The notes under the pieces were generated by a model. It saw only the letters and a program-made list of their open reading frames with translations. It did no database searches and had not been told where the DNA came from. DNA of 64,000 nt. It comes from Opitutus sp. GAS368. Its GTDB lineage: Bacteria > Verrucomicrobiota > Verrucomicrobiia > Opitutales > UBA953. Within the stretch, counting starts at the first letter, position 1; every line of letters starts with the position of its first letter. A program made the position numbers and the translations under genes. Location: assembly GCA_945866215.1 (NCBI GenBank), contig CAMBGQ010000001.1, forward strand, positions 36,150 through 100,149, given 5' to 3'. Positions 1 through 10,358 of the stretch are shown piece by piece.

Positions 1-1
1 T

Positions 2-1138
2 GATCTGCGCAACGGTCAGCCGTTGCGGCCGATCACCGCTGGTTCTTGGGTCGTGAAGCAAATCCTGCATCTGGACCAGACCCAAGGACAGATCTTCTTC
101 GTCGCCGTCGGCCGCGTCCCGGGGGAGAACCCGTATCATCACCACGTCTGTCGCGTCGGCCTGAAGGGCGGGGACGTTGTCGACCTCACGCCGGGCGACG
201 CCCATCACGAAGCCCTCTTTTCTCCGGACCGGCGGACCTTGATTGACACTGCCTCGACGGTGAATCGACCCCCGGTATTTTCGTTGCGCAGCACGACGGA
301 TGGGCGGCTCATCGCCCAGCTCGGGACCACGGACGCGAGCGCGCTCGTCGAGGCCGGCTGGAGCCCAGCGCGCCCCTTCGTCGCCAAGGATCGTGAAGGA
401 AAGTTCGATATCTGGGGAGTCGTCACGCCCCCGTATCCCTTCGACCCCGCAAAGAAATACCCCGTCATCGAAAACATCTATGCCGGCCCGCACGGCTCGT
501 TTGCTCCGCGTAGCTTCAACTGGTGGCACCGCAACCATCGTGAGCTCTCGATGCTCGGCTTCTACGTCGTCCAGCTCGACGGACGCGGGACGAATCATCG
601 GGGCAAGGAATTTCACCAGCACAGCTGGCGCAACCTGAAGGACGGCGGGTTCCCGGATCGGATCGCCTGGATGCAGGCCCTGGCCAAGACCGAGCCGAAC
701 ATGGACCTCGGACGCGTGGGGATCTTCGGCGGCTCCGCAGGCGGTCAGAATACCGCCCATGCGATGCTCCTGCACGGTGGCTTCTATAAGGCCGGTGCCG
801 CCGACTGCGGTTGCTATGACAACCGCGTCGATAAGCTCTGGTGGAACGAACAGTGGCTCGGCTACCCCGTCGGCCCTTGGTATGAGGAGAATTCCTGTGC
901 TCGCTACGCCCGGGACCTCCGCGGGCGGCTCTTCCTCTCGGTCGGCGAGTCCGACACCAACGTCGACGTGAAGTGTAGCTATGATTTCCGGGACGCCCTG
1001 ATCGCCGCCGGCAAGCAAGACCTGTTCGAGTTCCACGTCATACCCGGGGCCAATCATGGCGCCGGCGAGGCCAATGATATGCGGGAGAAACGGGCCCGTT
1101 TTTTCCAATCCGCACTCGGTCAGCCGCTGCCCCGCTGA
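2..1138 (+). CDS. S9-family serine peptidase (prolyl oligopeptidase / DPP-IV-like), C-terminal catalytic domain; 5' end lies outside the window
   Basis: The frame is open from base 2, with no stop upstream of the listed TTG at 23. Alpha/beta-hydrolase triad signatures are present: nucleophile elbow GIFGGSAGG, then ESDTNVD and PGANHG. Confidence 0.8.
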   Translation, partial: DLRNGQPLRPITAGSWVVKQILHLDQTQGQIFFVAVGRVPGENPYHHHVCRVGLKGGDVVDLTPGDAHHEALFSPDRRTLIDTASTVNRPPVFSLRSTTDGRLIAQLGTTDASALVEAGWSPARPFVAKDREGKFDIWGVVTPPYPFDPAKKYPVIENIYAGPHGSFAPRSFNWWHRNHRELSMLGFYVVQLDGRGTNHRGKEFHQHSWRNLKDGGFPDRIAWMQALAKTEPNMDLGRVGIFGGSAGGQNTAHAMLLHGGFYKAGAADCGCYDNRVDKLWWNEQWLGYPVGPWYEENSCARYARDLRGRLFLSVGESDTNVDVKCSYDFRDALIAAGKQDLFEFHVIPGANHGAGEANDMREKRARFFQSALGQPLPR

Positions 1139-1176
1139 CCTGAGCCGAGGCCTCGTTCACCCTGCGTCGTCCTGCC

Positions 1177-1217
1177 CTGCCCCCTGCGGCTCTCGCGAGC
1201 GGGCCACGCGGGGGCAG
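1177..1217 (+). other. GC-rich hairpin downstream of the peptidase gene; possible terminator without a U-tract
   Basis: CTGCCCCC(T)GCG at 1177-1188 pairs with CGCGGGGGCAG at 1207-1217 (11 bp, one bulge). The loop contains the palindrome CTCGCGAG. No T-run follows. Confidence 0.3.
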
Positions 1218-1324
1218 CGTGGGGGTGTGGCGGCTCGTAATGCGACCTTGGGCGGAAGATTTGATAGGATTTTTACGATGAGGCGTTGACAGGGGGAGGC
1301 ACTGCCTCAAACCCAACCTTTCGC

Positions 1325-3109
1325 ATGCAGAATTTCGCGAGTCAGTGCCTGGACCAGACCAAGGCCCTCCTCAAACTCAACCTCCACTCCCTCGCTCCTG
1401 ATGGCACCGTCGTGCCCGTCGAAGGCGAGGTCTCTCGAGCCGACGAACCCGGCCACGCCGCCCTGGCTTTTGGAGAATATTTCCGCGCCACCGGTGAGCT
1501 GCAACTCGACCGCCACAATATCGTCGAGATAGTCGCCCGGACCATCACCGCCCAGGTCCGCCTCAGCCAAGCCTCCGATAACGGCATGGCCTTCGCCTGC
1601 CTCGGCCTCCTCGCCTTCGGCCCGACCCGCGAACGCAATCCCGTCTGGGAGATCCTCGACGAATCCACCCGCGCCCTCATCGACGAGCGCCTCGCCGTCG
1701 CGCACGATCACCATGATCACGTCCAAGCCTACGACATTGCCAAAGCCGTCTGTCGCGCCTCGTTTGGCCTCACCAAGAAGGACGAGACCAGTGCCCTCGT
1801 CGATCGTTTCATGGAACGTGTCGCCGCGGCGTCCACTGGCGGTTTCCATGATGAAGCGTCGAAAAGCTCCCGGCCGGAAAACTTCGGCGGCGCCTTCGAC
1901 CTTTATGGCGTGGTCGCACTCATCTTCGTCCGCCAAGCGCTGCAACTGCACGCCAACGTCCAGGTACGCGACACCAAGTTGCCGAAGATTCGAGCGCTGG
2001 CTGAGAAATACCTGCGCGTGATGATGGACACCGTCCGCGACGATGGGCTGGGCTGGTGCTACGGCCGCGGCATCGGTGCCTATGGGCAGATGCATTGCAT
2101 CACCCTGTTACTCCAAGCCCTGCGCGATCGCTGGATCCCGCTCGACAAAGAGAACCTCGCCCGCGACCTGGTCCGCCGCCTGTATGCTAACTTTTTTACG
2201 ACTTTCTTCGATACCGAGCACGGCCTGATCATCATCCGTGACACCGAGCGCGATACGATTCCCGGGCACACGACCCGCATGGCCAACTTCGACGCCGCGC
2301 GGTATCTCTCCCAGTGGTCACGCCTGGCCAAGACCATCGGCGGGGCGATGGACGTGGTGACCCCTTCTAACCGACTGCCCGTCTGCCGCTTCTTCTCCTT
2401 CGATAAGTCTCCGCGCAAGGAGCAAGGGTTGCTCTCCTACCAAGACCCCGCCTCCGGCCTGCATGTCATCCTGCCGCTTCTCTCCGCCGGGTCCCACCGC
2501 TTTTCCGACTCACTCGCCTTTCCGCACATGCCGGGCGTGTTCGACTGGCCTTCCAACCTCCGGACCAGCCCGTTCATCCCAGAGTTCACCATCGGCGGGA
2601 AGGTTTTCACCCCCTCCTTCTATGGTAAGAACGCCCAGGTCGCCATGGGAACTAAATCCGGAACCTATCATTTCCGCTACGACCAGCCCGACCTCATCGA
2701 TCAGGACGAGAATCTTTCCGTCAACCTCGCCTCCCTCAAGGTCGACTGGGAGTTCAATGGTGGACGGATTATCGCCCGCTACACCCTCACCGCTAAGTCC
2801 GCCGGCATGCTCGAGGATTTCCGGCTCGTCTTACCGATTGCGGCGACCCATTCGCGCATGACACCGGGTAATTCCCTGGTGCTGGGCCCGGCCTCTCATC
2901 GTTGCGAGGTCCTTAAGGACGACTTTCACGCCACTTGGGCGGAGACCAAGGTCGTCACGGACAACCCCCGGCATCGGTCTTGCTGGGGTAAGATCCATTT
3001 TTACCAAACCCTGCAGCGCGACAAACCCATGCCCCTCCGCGCTGGCATGAGCTACTTCTTCGAAATCGCCTACCAACCTGACATCGTGCGGGCTGGGGAT
3101 GTGTCCTGA
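1325..3109 (+). CDS. Hypothetical protein, about 594 aa; helical N-terminal half and beta-rich C-terminal half
   Basis: Long ORF with GC-rich third codon positions and no competing ORF. The first ATG is at 1325 (MQNFASQ); the listed start at 1286 is TTG. I recognise no diagnostic motif. Confidence 0.6.
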   Translation: MQNFASQCLDQTKALLKLNLHSLAPDGTVVPVEGEVSRADEPGHAALAFGEYFRATGELQLDRHNIVEIVARTITAQVRLSQASDNGMAFACLGLLAFGPTRERNPVWEILDESTRALIDERLAVAHDHHDHVQAYDIAKAVCRASFGLTKKDETSALVDRFMERVAAASTGGFHDEASKSSRPENFGGAFDLYGVVALIFVRQALQLHANVQVRDTKLPKIRALAEKYLRVMMDTVRDDGLGWCYGRGIGAYGQMHCITLLLQALRDRWIPLDKENLARDLVRRLYANFFTTFFDTEHGLIIIRDTERDTIPGHTTRMANFDAARYLSQWSRLAKTIGGAMDVVTPSNRLPVCRFFSFDKSPRKEQGLLSYQDPASGLHVILPLLSAGSHRFSDSLAFPHMPGVFDWPSNLRTSPFIPEFTIGGKVFTPSFYGKNAQVAMGTKSGTYHFRYDQPDLIDQDENLSVNLASLKVDWEFNGGRIIARYTLTAKSAGMLEDFRLVLPIAATHSRMTPGNSLVLGPASHRCEVLKDDFHATWAETKVVTDNPRHRSCWGKIHFYQTLQRDKPMPLRAGMSYFFEIAYQPDIVRAGDVS

Positions 3110-3187
3110 GCCCAGTTTCCTGTTCAGGTAAGCCTTCGGGGTTGTCCTGCAGCCTATCCCTGCCCTATCTCCAAGGGACGCTTTTTC

Positions 3188-4729
3188 ATGCTACGTCCGT
3201 TCTACATCACCACGGCCATCGACTACGCCAACGGCTCGCCGCACCTCGGGCATGCCTACGAGAAAGTCCTCACCGATGTGATCTCCCGGCATCTGCGCAT
3301 GAGCGGCCGACAAGTCCATTTCCTGACTGGGCTCGACGAACATGGCCAAAAGGTCCAGCAGACCGCCCTTAAGCGGGACCTCGAGCCGCAGGTGCTTGTC
3401 GACGAGGTTGCCGCGGTCTTCCAGCGCATGCTCGTTGATCTCGATATCTCGCACGACGATTACATCCGGACGACTGAACCGCGCCATCAGAAGGTCGTCC
3501 AGCAGTTCCTCCAGAAGCTTTTCGACCAAGGCCTTATCTATAAGGGTCAGAAGACTGATTGGTATTCGACCCGCCAGGAGCAATTCCTCACCGAGCGGGA
3601 TCGTTCTCCGGACGGCTCTTGGCCGGAAATCTATGGCGAGGTGACGCAGACGACCGAGGAAAATTACTACTTCAAGCTTTCCCAGTTCCAGCCTTGGCTG
3701 ATTGAGCATCTGCGGGCGCACCCCGACTTTATCACCCCGCGCTTCCGGCAGAACCAAGTTCTCGAGTTCCTTAAAGATCCACTAAACGACCTCTGCATCT
3801 CCCGTCCGAAGACCCGGCTGACCTGGGGCATCGCCCTCCCGTTCGACGACGCCTATGTCACCTACGTGTGGTTCGACGCGTTGACCAATTACTACTCCGC
3901 CGTCGCCGCCAAGGGCCTTTGGCCAGCCGACGTCCACGTCATCGGTAAGGATATTCTTTCCCCTCCCCACGCCGTCTACTGGCCTTGCATGCTCAAGGCT
4001 CTCGGCCTCGAGCCGCCGCGCCAGCTGCTCGTCCACGGCTGGTGGACCGTCAACAACCAGAAGGCCTCCAAGAGTGCGGGCAACGCGGCTGACACCTTGG
4101 GGTTCGTGGCCAGCCACGGCGCCGACGCGTTCCGTTATTACCTGTGCCGCGAGATGGTCGTGGGCCAGGATGCGGACTTCTCGAAAACCACTTTCGAGAA
4201 CCGCTACAAGGCGGACCTCGGCAATAACCTCGGCAACCTCGTCAACCGGTTGCTCAACATGGTGGGACGGAACTACGCCGGCGCCATCCCCGCTGCGGCC
4301 GCCGATGAGGAACTAGAGCGCAACCTGCGACAGCTCTGGCAGGATACGGTGAGGAAATATGACGCCGCCTTCGCGGAGTACCAGCTGAGCCACGCCCTCG
4401 AGTCCCTTTGGGTCTTCATCAGCGCGATGAACGCCTACATCGAAGCCCGGGCGCCGTGGAAACTCGCCAAATCCACCGACCTCGCCGATCGCGCTCGCCT
4501 CGACTCATGCCTGGCGCACGTCGCCGAGGGCCTCCGTCTCGTTGGTACAATCCTCACCCCGGTAATGCCAGCAACCTGCGGTCGTTTATTGACCCATATC
4601 GGTCGACCCGTCCCCGCGGGATTCGAAGGGCAGCTGGTCTGGTCCGCCGCTTGCACAGGGTCGAAGGTCGCCGAAAACTGCATTCTATTCCCCCAGATCG
4701 GCGTTCCCGGCGAAACTCCTGCAGGCTGA
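3188..4729 (+). CDS. metG: Methionyl-tRNA synthetase (short form without C-terminal tRNA-binding domain)
   Basis: Class I HIGH motif (SPHLGHAYE), KMSKS-type motif (KASKS) and MetRS-like core over 513 aa. Confidence 0.95.
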   Translation: MLRPFYITTAIDYANGSPHLGHAYEKVLTDVISRHLRMSGRQVHFLTGLDEHGQKVQQTALKRDLEPQVLVDEVAAVFQRMLVDLDISHDDYIRTTEPRHQKVVQQFLQKLFDQGLIYKGQKTDWYSTRQEQFLTERDRSPDGSWPEIYGEVTQTTEENYYFKLSQFQPWLIEHLRAHPDFITPRFRQNQVLEFLKDPLNDLCISRPKTRLTWGIALPFDDAYVTYVWFDALTNYYSAVAAKGLWPADVHVIGKDILSPPHAVYWPCMLKALGLEPPRQLLVHGWWTVNNQKASKSAGNAADTLGFVASHGADAFRYYLCREMVVGQDADFSKTTFENRYKADLGNNLGNLVNRLLNMVGRNYAGAIPAAAADEELERNLRQLWQDTVRKYDAAFAEYQLSHALESLWVFISAMNAYIEARAPWKLAKSTDLADRARLDSCLAHVAEGLRLVGTILTPVMPATCGRLLTHIGRPVPAGFEGQLVWSAACTGSKVAENCILFPQIGVPGETPAG

Positions 4730-4767
4730 TTGGACAAAATCTCGCTCCGCGCCACCCTTACGTTCCC

Positions 4768-6108
4768 GTGGATTCCGTCCTACCCATCGATGAAGCCGCT
4801 CAGTTAAGCGCCGCCGAGCAAAGTGCGGGCGGAGTGGGATTCGTCAGTTACACCTTCACCACCCCGGAACTCGATCCCCTGGCAGTGATGGAGACACTGG
4901 ATGAACCGGCTCCCCGCGGTTACTTTGAGAACCCTTCCCGCCGACGTGGGCACGCGGCGGGTGCACCGCTGCGACAGTGGTCTGGGCGGGGTGAGGGTCG
5001 CTTTCTCGAGGCGGACCGCTGGCTGAAGGAACTGAATGCCTGCCTGGTCTGCGTCGGTCCCCGGCCGCGCATCATCGCGACCTTCCCCTTCTACCCCGGC
5101 AATGCCGAGGACGGTGCCTATGCCAAGCTGTTCCTCCCGGGCTGGCAGGTCGTCAACGAAGACGGCCGGACCGACGTCACGCTCTGCGAGCCGGCGACTC
5201 CCGGATGCGCCACGCGCCTGGCGATCCGCGCCGAGAACTTTCGGAAGTTCACCTACCGCTCCAACCCGCCGTCTCCGCGGGCGCCGGTACCCACGGTCTT
5301 GTCGGAGGTCGGTGGCGCTTGGTTCACGTCAGCCGTCAGCCGCGCGACCGAGCTGATCAAGGAGGGAGCATTCGAAAAGGTCGTACTCTCTCGGGCCTTT
5401 GACTGGCGGCGGGCTGAACCCTTCAGCGCTTACGCCACTCTGCACCGCCTCCGACGGGCTAATCCGCAGTGCCACACCTTCCTCGTCGATGAAGTCGATG
5501 GTGCGCTCGTGGGGGCTACGCCTGAGACCTTGCTCTCCCTCTTCGACGGCTCGGTGCGTTCCGAGTCGGTGGCCGGCACCACGCGACGCGGCGATTCAGC
5601 CTCTGAGGACGCCTCACTGGCCGAAGCCTTGCTCACGAGCGAAAAGGACCTGCGCGAACATAGCGCCGTCACGGCTTCAATCCTCCGCCGCCTGCGCATG
5701 GTGGGCGTGCTGGCGGCGACCTCGCGCAAGGCCGAACTCCTCCGGCTGGGTAACGTCATGCACCTCCGGACGCCGATCGAGGGCACCATGCCGATTGACC
5801 GACGCTTCCTTGAGGTCGCCGGCGAACTACACCCGACCCCGGCCGTCGGCGGCAAGCCGCGCGTCTTGGCCTTACCTTTCATCCCCGGCTTCGAACCCCA
5901 TCAACGCGGTCTCTACACCGGCGCGGTAGGTTGGATCAGTTCGGATGGCGGCTCCGGTAAGCTCTTCGTTGCCTTGCGTTGCGCCCGGCTCAAGGGCTCG
6001 GAGGCGCGCGCCTTCGCCGGCGCGGGTATCGTCGCTGGCTCCGATCCGGGGGCGGAAACGGCGGAGACCGAGATGAAGTTGCGCACCGTCCTTGAAGCTT
6101 TGACCTGA
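4768..6108 (+). CDS. menF: Isochorismate synthase (chorismate-binding enzyme; MenF/EntC type)
   Basis: Motifs GATPETLL, ELHPTPAVGG, GLYTGAVGW and AGAGIVAGSDP. The listed ORF starts at 4408 inside metG with an Arg-rich N-terminus. GTG at 4768, just after the metG stop, is the plausible start. MenF and EntC cannot be separated by eye. Confidence 0.8.
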   Translation: MDSVLPIDEAAQLSAAEQSAGGVGFVSYTFTTPELDPLAVMETLDEPAPRGYFENPSRRRGHAAGAPLRQWSGRGEGRFLEADRWLKELNACLVCVGPRPRIIATFPFYPGNAEDGAYAKLFLPGWQVVNEDGRTDVTLCEPATPGCATRLAIRAENFRKFTYRSNPPSPRAPVPTVLSEVGGAWFTSAVSRATELIKEGAFEKVVLSRAFDWRRAEPFSAYATLHRLRRANPQCHTFLVDEVDGALVGATPETLLSLFDGSVRSESVAGTTRRGDSASEDASLAEALLTSEKDLREHSAVTASILRRLRMVGVLAATSRKAELLRLGNVMHLRTPIEGTMPIDRRFLEVAGELHPTPAVGGKPRVLALPFIPGFEPHQRGLYTGAVGWISSDGGSGKLFVALRCARLKGSEARAFAGAGIVAGSDPGAETAETEMKLRTVLEALT

Positions 6109-6110
6109 AT

Positions 6111-6548
6111 ATGAGGGTCGTGCTCCAGCGCGTCCGGTCGGCTTCCGTGCGCGTCGCCGACGCCGTCGTCGGGGAGATTGGCGTAGGTTATCTCCTGCTG
6201 GTCGGGATCGCCGTCAACGACGACGAGTCCACTGCGCGCCGGCTGGCCGAAGAGGTCGCTAAGGTGCGGTTGATGCCTGACAGCCAGGGAAAGATGGGGG
6301 TCAGTCTGCGCGAGGCGGACGGGCAAGCCCTTGCGGTGAGTCAATTCACCCTGCTGGCCGATTTCTCCAAGGGTAACCGACCCTCGTTCCATGCCGCGGC
6401 TAAGCCCGACGTCGCGCAGCCACTCTTCGACCTCTTCGTGCGCGAACTCTCCCTGCGACTGAACCGTGTGGTCGCAACTGGCGTGTTCGGCGCCGATATG
6501 CGCGTCGAGCTCGTCAACGACGGCCCAGTGACGATCGTGCTCGAGTAG
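6111..6548 (+). CDS. dtd: D-aminoacyl-tRNA deacylase
   Basis: 145 aa with MRVVLQRV N-terminus and SQFTL and NDGPVT motifs. Confidence 0.9.
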   Translation: MRVVLQRVRSASVRVADAVVGEIGVGYLLLVGIAVNDDESTARRLAEEVAKVRLMPDSQGKMGVSLREADGQALAVSQFTLLADFSKGNRPSFHAAAKPDVAQPLFDLFVRELSLRLNRVVATGVFGADMRVELVNDGPVTIVLE

Positions 6549-6596
6549 TTTAGGCTTAACCTCCGGACCAGTTGACCCTACCTCTCTGCTCCCTTC

Positions 6597-7355
6597 ATGC
6601 TGTCCGTCCGCATCATTCCCTGTCTCGACGTCCATGACGGTCGCGTGGTCAAAGGCGTCAAGTTCGAAGAGCTTCGCGACGCCGGCGACCCCGTCGCGGT
6701 CGCCGCGGCCTACGAGCGGCAAGGCGCGGACGAATTGGTGTTCCTCGATATCACCGCCTCAAGCGACGCACGTAGCACGATGGTCGATGTCGTCGAACGC
6801 ACGGCTGACCAAGTCTTTATGCCGCTGACGGTCGGTGGCGGCCTACGCTCCGTGGAAGACATCCGTACCATGCTGAATGCCGGCGCAGACAAGGTCTCAT
6901 TGAATACTGCGGCCATTAAGGACCCCGACCTCATCCTGCAGGCCGCCCGAAAGTTCGGCAGCCAGTGCATTGTCGTCGCCATCGACGCCAAGAACGTCGG
7001 CCCAGGCCGTTGGGAGGTCTTCACCCATGGTGGTCGTAACGCCACGGGTCTCGACGCCCTCGGATGGGCCCGCAAGGCGCACTCCCTCGGCGCCGGCGAA
7101 ATCCTGCTGACCAGCATGGATCGCGACGGTACCGCCGCCGGTTACGACATTCCGCTCAACCTTGCCGTCTCCTCGGCCGTCGAAGTCCCCGTGATCGCCT
7201 CAGGCGGAGCCGGCAATCTCGACCACATGGCGGACGTCCTGAAGCAAGGCGGTGCCAGTGCGGTCCTCGCCGCCAGCATCTTCCACTTTGGGACCTATAC
7301 CGTACGGCAGGCCAAGGAGCACCTTCGTGCAGTTGGCCTGCCTGTCCGGCTTTAA
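6597..7355 (+). CDS. hisF: Imidazole glycerol phosphate synthase, cyclase subunit
   Basis: [16 protein letters not shown]-terminus and [15 protein letters not shown] motif; 252 aa. Confidence 0.95.
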   Translation: MLSVRIIPCLDVHDGRVVKGVKFEELRDAGDPVAVAAAYERQGADELVFLDITASSDARSTMVDVVERTADQVFMPLTVGGGLRSVEDIRTMLNAGADKVSLNTAAIKDPDLILQAARKFGSQCIVVAIDAKNVGPGRWEVFTHGGRNATGLDALGWARKAHSLGAGEILLTSMDRDGTAAGYDIPLNLAVSSAVEVPVIASGGAGNLDHMADVLKQGGASAVLAASIFHFGTYTVRQAKEHLRAVGLPVRL

Positions 7356-8668
7356 GCGGCGGTAGGCGGGACGGCCTTCGGCATCACCAGGACCTTGTCC
7401 AAACGATGGCCATCCATATCCACGACTTCAAAGATATAGCCTAAGGCCTCGACGCGGTCGCCTTCCGTCGGAATACGGCCAAGGGTGCGCATGATGAAGC
7501 CGGAGATCGCGGTGAAGCGCCCAGAGCCTTCGCCGGGAAAGCGACCGATGATACCCGTAGCTTCACGAAAATCGTCCAGTGTGACCGCCGCATCGACAAT
7601 CCAGCTGCCGTCTTCACGCCTACGCACGGCCTTGGGCTGCGCAATTGGCGAACCTTCGTTGGGCAACTCACCGACGACGGATTCGAGCACGTCGTTGAGC
7701 GAGACGACCCCGCGGACGCGACCGAACTCGTCCGTGACGAGAGCGATATGAATCTTATCCTTGCGGAACATCTCCAGCAACTGCGTCCCGGTGCAGTGCG
7801 TCGTTACGGTCGGCGACTCGGTCAGCAAGTCCTTGATCGAAGCGGTACCGACGAGCGATAGGTTGGCCCAGAGCCGCTTCACCGAGACGACGCCTAATGG
7901 CCGATCGGCCGAGCCGCGATAGACTGGAAACCAAGTGTGGCCGGAGGCGACCACCTTCCGCCAATTGACTTCGTCGGTATCGTCGAGACAAAGCCAGACG
8001 ACCCGGTTGCTCGGAGTCATCAGACGCTCAGCTGTCACCAGATCGAGGGAGAGCGCGCCATGGACCATGCGATGCTCGGAGGCATGGAGCACGCCGGTGG
8101 CCATGCCCTGGTCGGCCATCATGCGGAGTTCGTCCTCTGACATAGTGTCCTCTGGCGTCCGGCGACGTCCGAAGAGGCGCAGGATAATATCCGCGCAGAA
8201 GCCCATGGTAACGACCAGCGGGGAAGCCAGCAGCGAGATGAACTGCATGGGCCGAGCCAGAATCACGGCCAGGCCTTCGGGATTAGAAAGACCAAGCCGC
8301 TTCGGCACGATTTCTGCGCAGATGATGGTCAAGGAGCCGATGACAAAGGATACCCCCACGCGGGAGATGACATCGGCATTCGTCTGAAGCCAGGACCACG
8401 CACTCTCCTCAAGGTAAGGCTTTAGGGCGGCGGCCATGGGAGCGCCGCCAAACGTCGCGGCGATGATACTGCCGAACGTCAGCCCGACCTGGACGCTGGA
8501 CAGGAATTTGGAAGGATTGGCGAGGAGCTCCAAGGCTGCCTTGGCCCCCTTACTCCCTTGCTCGGCCAGTCGTTGCAACCGTCGCCGGTTGGAGGAGACC
8601 AACGCCATCTCTGAAAGCTCGAAGATGCCGATTGTCGCCCAGCAGGCTAATATCACGAATAATTCCAC
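7352..8668 (-). CDS. HlyC/CorC-family transporter (DUF21 - CBS pair - CorC_HlyC)
   Basis: Four hydrophobic N-terminal segments, a central CBS-pair region and a C-terminal transporter-associated domain. GTG start. Its stop shares TTAA with the hisF stop. Confidence 0.85.
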   Translation of the reverse strand: MELFVILACWATIGIFELSEMALVSSNRRRLQRLAEQGSKGAKAALELLANPSKFLSSVQVGLTFGSIIAATFGGAPMAAALKPYLEESAWSWLQTNADVISRVGVSFVIGSLTIICAEIVPKRLGLSNPEGLAVILARPMQFISLLASPLVVTMGFCADIILRLFGRRRTPEDTMSEDELRMMADQGMATGVLHASEHRMVHGALSLDLVTAERLMTPSNRVVWLCLDDTDEVNWRKVVASGHTWFPVYRGSADRPLGVVSVKRLWANLSLVGTASIKDLLTESPTVTTHCTGTQLLEMFRKDKIHIALVTDEFGRVRGVVSLNDVLESVVGELPNEGSPIAQPKAVRRREDGSWIVDAAVTLDDFREATGIIGRFPGEGSGRFTAISGFIMRTLGRIPTEGDRVEALGYIFEVVDMDGHRLDKVLVMPKAVPPTAA

Positions 8669-8747
8669 CTGACAGGCGTAGGGATTTGGGAAGGAACAGT
8701 CAAATCCGCTTGTTCACATCCCGCTGACGCATTAGTTCCAAACTTCA

Positions 8748-10358
8748 ATGGCGTCCCAATTTGCGGCAATCATCGTGGGGAGCGGTATCGGCGGGCTGAG
8801 TTTCGCACTTAATCTCGCCCAACGCGGTCATGCCGTCGCCATCGTGACCAAGAAGACGCGCTCCGAGTCCAACACGAACTGGGCCCAAGGAGGCATCGCC
8901 TGCGTGACGGATCAGGCCGACGATTTCGCAAGCCACGTCCAAGACACGCTGGCGGCCGGCGACGGGCTTTGCGACATGGACGTTGTGACCCATATCATCC
9001 AATCGGGACCGGCGCGCGTCGCCGAACTCATCGCCTGGGGCGTCGAGTTTGAGAACGGCGCGGACGGCCGGCCGGACCTCGGCCGCGAAGGCGGCCATTC
9101 CCGCCGCCGCATCCTGCATGCCCGCGATATGACCGGGCGCGCTATCGAATCGGCTTTGCTGCGGGCCATCGCCCGCGCGCCCAAGGTGGTGATGCTCGAA
9201 CACCACCTCGCGATCGACCTCATCACCCGTGCCAAGCTGGGGCTCTGCTCCTTGGGCGCGAAGGATGACCGCGTGCTCGGGCTGCACGTGCTCAACACTC
9301 AAGCCGGCCGAGTCGAGACGTTGGCCGGCGACGTGGTAGTCCTCGCTACCGGCGGTACGGGCCAGGTCTATCAGTTCACCACCAATCCTGATATCGCCAC
9401 CGGCGATGGGATTGCGATGGCCTATCGTGCGGGCGCGGAGGTGCGCGACATGGAAATGGTGCAGTTCCACCCGACGGCACTGAAGGCGCCCGACGGCAGC
9501 CGCGCCCTGATTTCCGAGGCCGTCCGGGGCGAGGGCGCCATTTTGCGCGACACCTCTTTGCGTTCTTTCATGAAGGACTTCCATCCGCAGGGCGACCTTG
9601 CGCCGCGCGATATCGTCGCGCGCGCAATCGACTCGGAGATGAAGCGAGCGGGATCTCCCCACGTTCTCCTCGACGCCACGCAGGTGGCCAAGGGACATTT
9701 CGCCGAGCGTTTTCCGCATATCCATGCCACCTGTCTTCAAGCCGGCTTTGACCTGACGAAGCAGCCGGCCCCGGTCGTGCCCGCCGCGCATTACCTCTGC
9801 GGCGGCGTGACGACGGACCTGCAAGGCCGCACGACTCTCCCGGGCTTGTATGCCGTGGGTGAAGTCGCCTGCACGGGACTGCATGGCGCCAACCGGCTCG
9901 CGTCCAACTCGCTCCTCGAGGCGGTCGTGCTCGCACATGATGGCGCCGCGTCGGCCCATACCGAGATCGGCGCGCAGGCCGATCGGGCACCGTCATTACC
10001 AGCCTGGATCGACGGTTCCGCCGGTGATCCCGACGAACGCGTAGTCCTCACCCATAATTGGGACGAACTGCGCCGGACGATGTGGGATTATGTCGGTATC
10101 GTCCGTTCGACCAAACGGCTGCAACGAGCCCGGACTCGCATCGGTACCCTGTCCGACGAGGTGCGCGAATATTACTGGAACTTCCGCATCGAGCCACGCC
10201 TGCTCGAGCTGCGTAACCTGATTCAAGTCGCCGAGCTCATCATCGACTGTGCGTTGCAGCGTCGCGAAAGCCGTGGCTTGCATTTCAACCTCGATTATCC
10301 GGCCAAGCTGGCGGAGGCCCGCCACACTTCCGTCCGTCGTCCGCAGGGTCGGTCATGA
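8748..10358 (+). CDS. nadB: L-aspartate oxidase
   Basis: FAD-binding N-terminus IVGSGIGG and flavoprotein motif HGANRLASNSLLE; 536 aa. Confidence 0.92.
   Translation: MASQFAAIIVGSGIGGLSFALNLAQRGHAVAIVTKKTRSESNTNWAQGGIACVTDQADDFASHVQDTLAAGDGLCDMDVVTHIIQSGPARVAELIAWGVEFENGADGRPDLGREGGHSRRRILHARDMTGRAIESALLRAIARAPKVVMLEHHLAIDLITRAKLGLCSLGAKDDRVLGLHVLNTQAGRVETLAGDVVVLATGGTGQVYQFTTNPDIATGDGIAMAYRAGAEVRDMEMVQFHPTALKAPDGSRALISEAVRGEGAILRDTSLRSFMKDFHPQGDLAPRDIVARAIDSEMKRAGSPHVLLDATQVAKGHFAERFPHIHATCLQAGFDLTKQPAPVVPAAHYLCGGVTTDLQGRTTLPGLYAVGEVACTGLHGANRLASNSLLEAVVLAHDGAASAHTEIGAQADRAPSLPAWIDGSAGDPDERVVLTHNWDELRRTMWDYVGIVRSTKRLQRARTRIGTLSDEVREYYWNFRIEPRLLELRNLIQVAELIIDCALQRRESRGLHFNLDYPAKLAEARHTSVRRPQGRS

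Noticed and set aside
4408-4767. N-terminal 120 codons of the listed 566-aa ORF (upstream of isochorismate synthase)
   Set aside because: It overlaps the metG 3' end in another frame and is extremely Arg/Pro-rich. The chorismate-binding homology begins only after the GTG at 4768.
5913-6722. 269-aa ORF on the minus strand spanning the menF end, dtd and the hisF start
   Set aside because: It crosses three well-supported plus-strand genes in antisense and shows no motifs.
8745-9959. 404-aa ORF on the minus strand
   Set aside because: It is fully antisense to nadB, which has clear FAD-oxidase motifs. The sequence is Arg/Gly/Ala-rich low-information, typical of antisense frames in GC-rich DNA.
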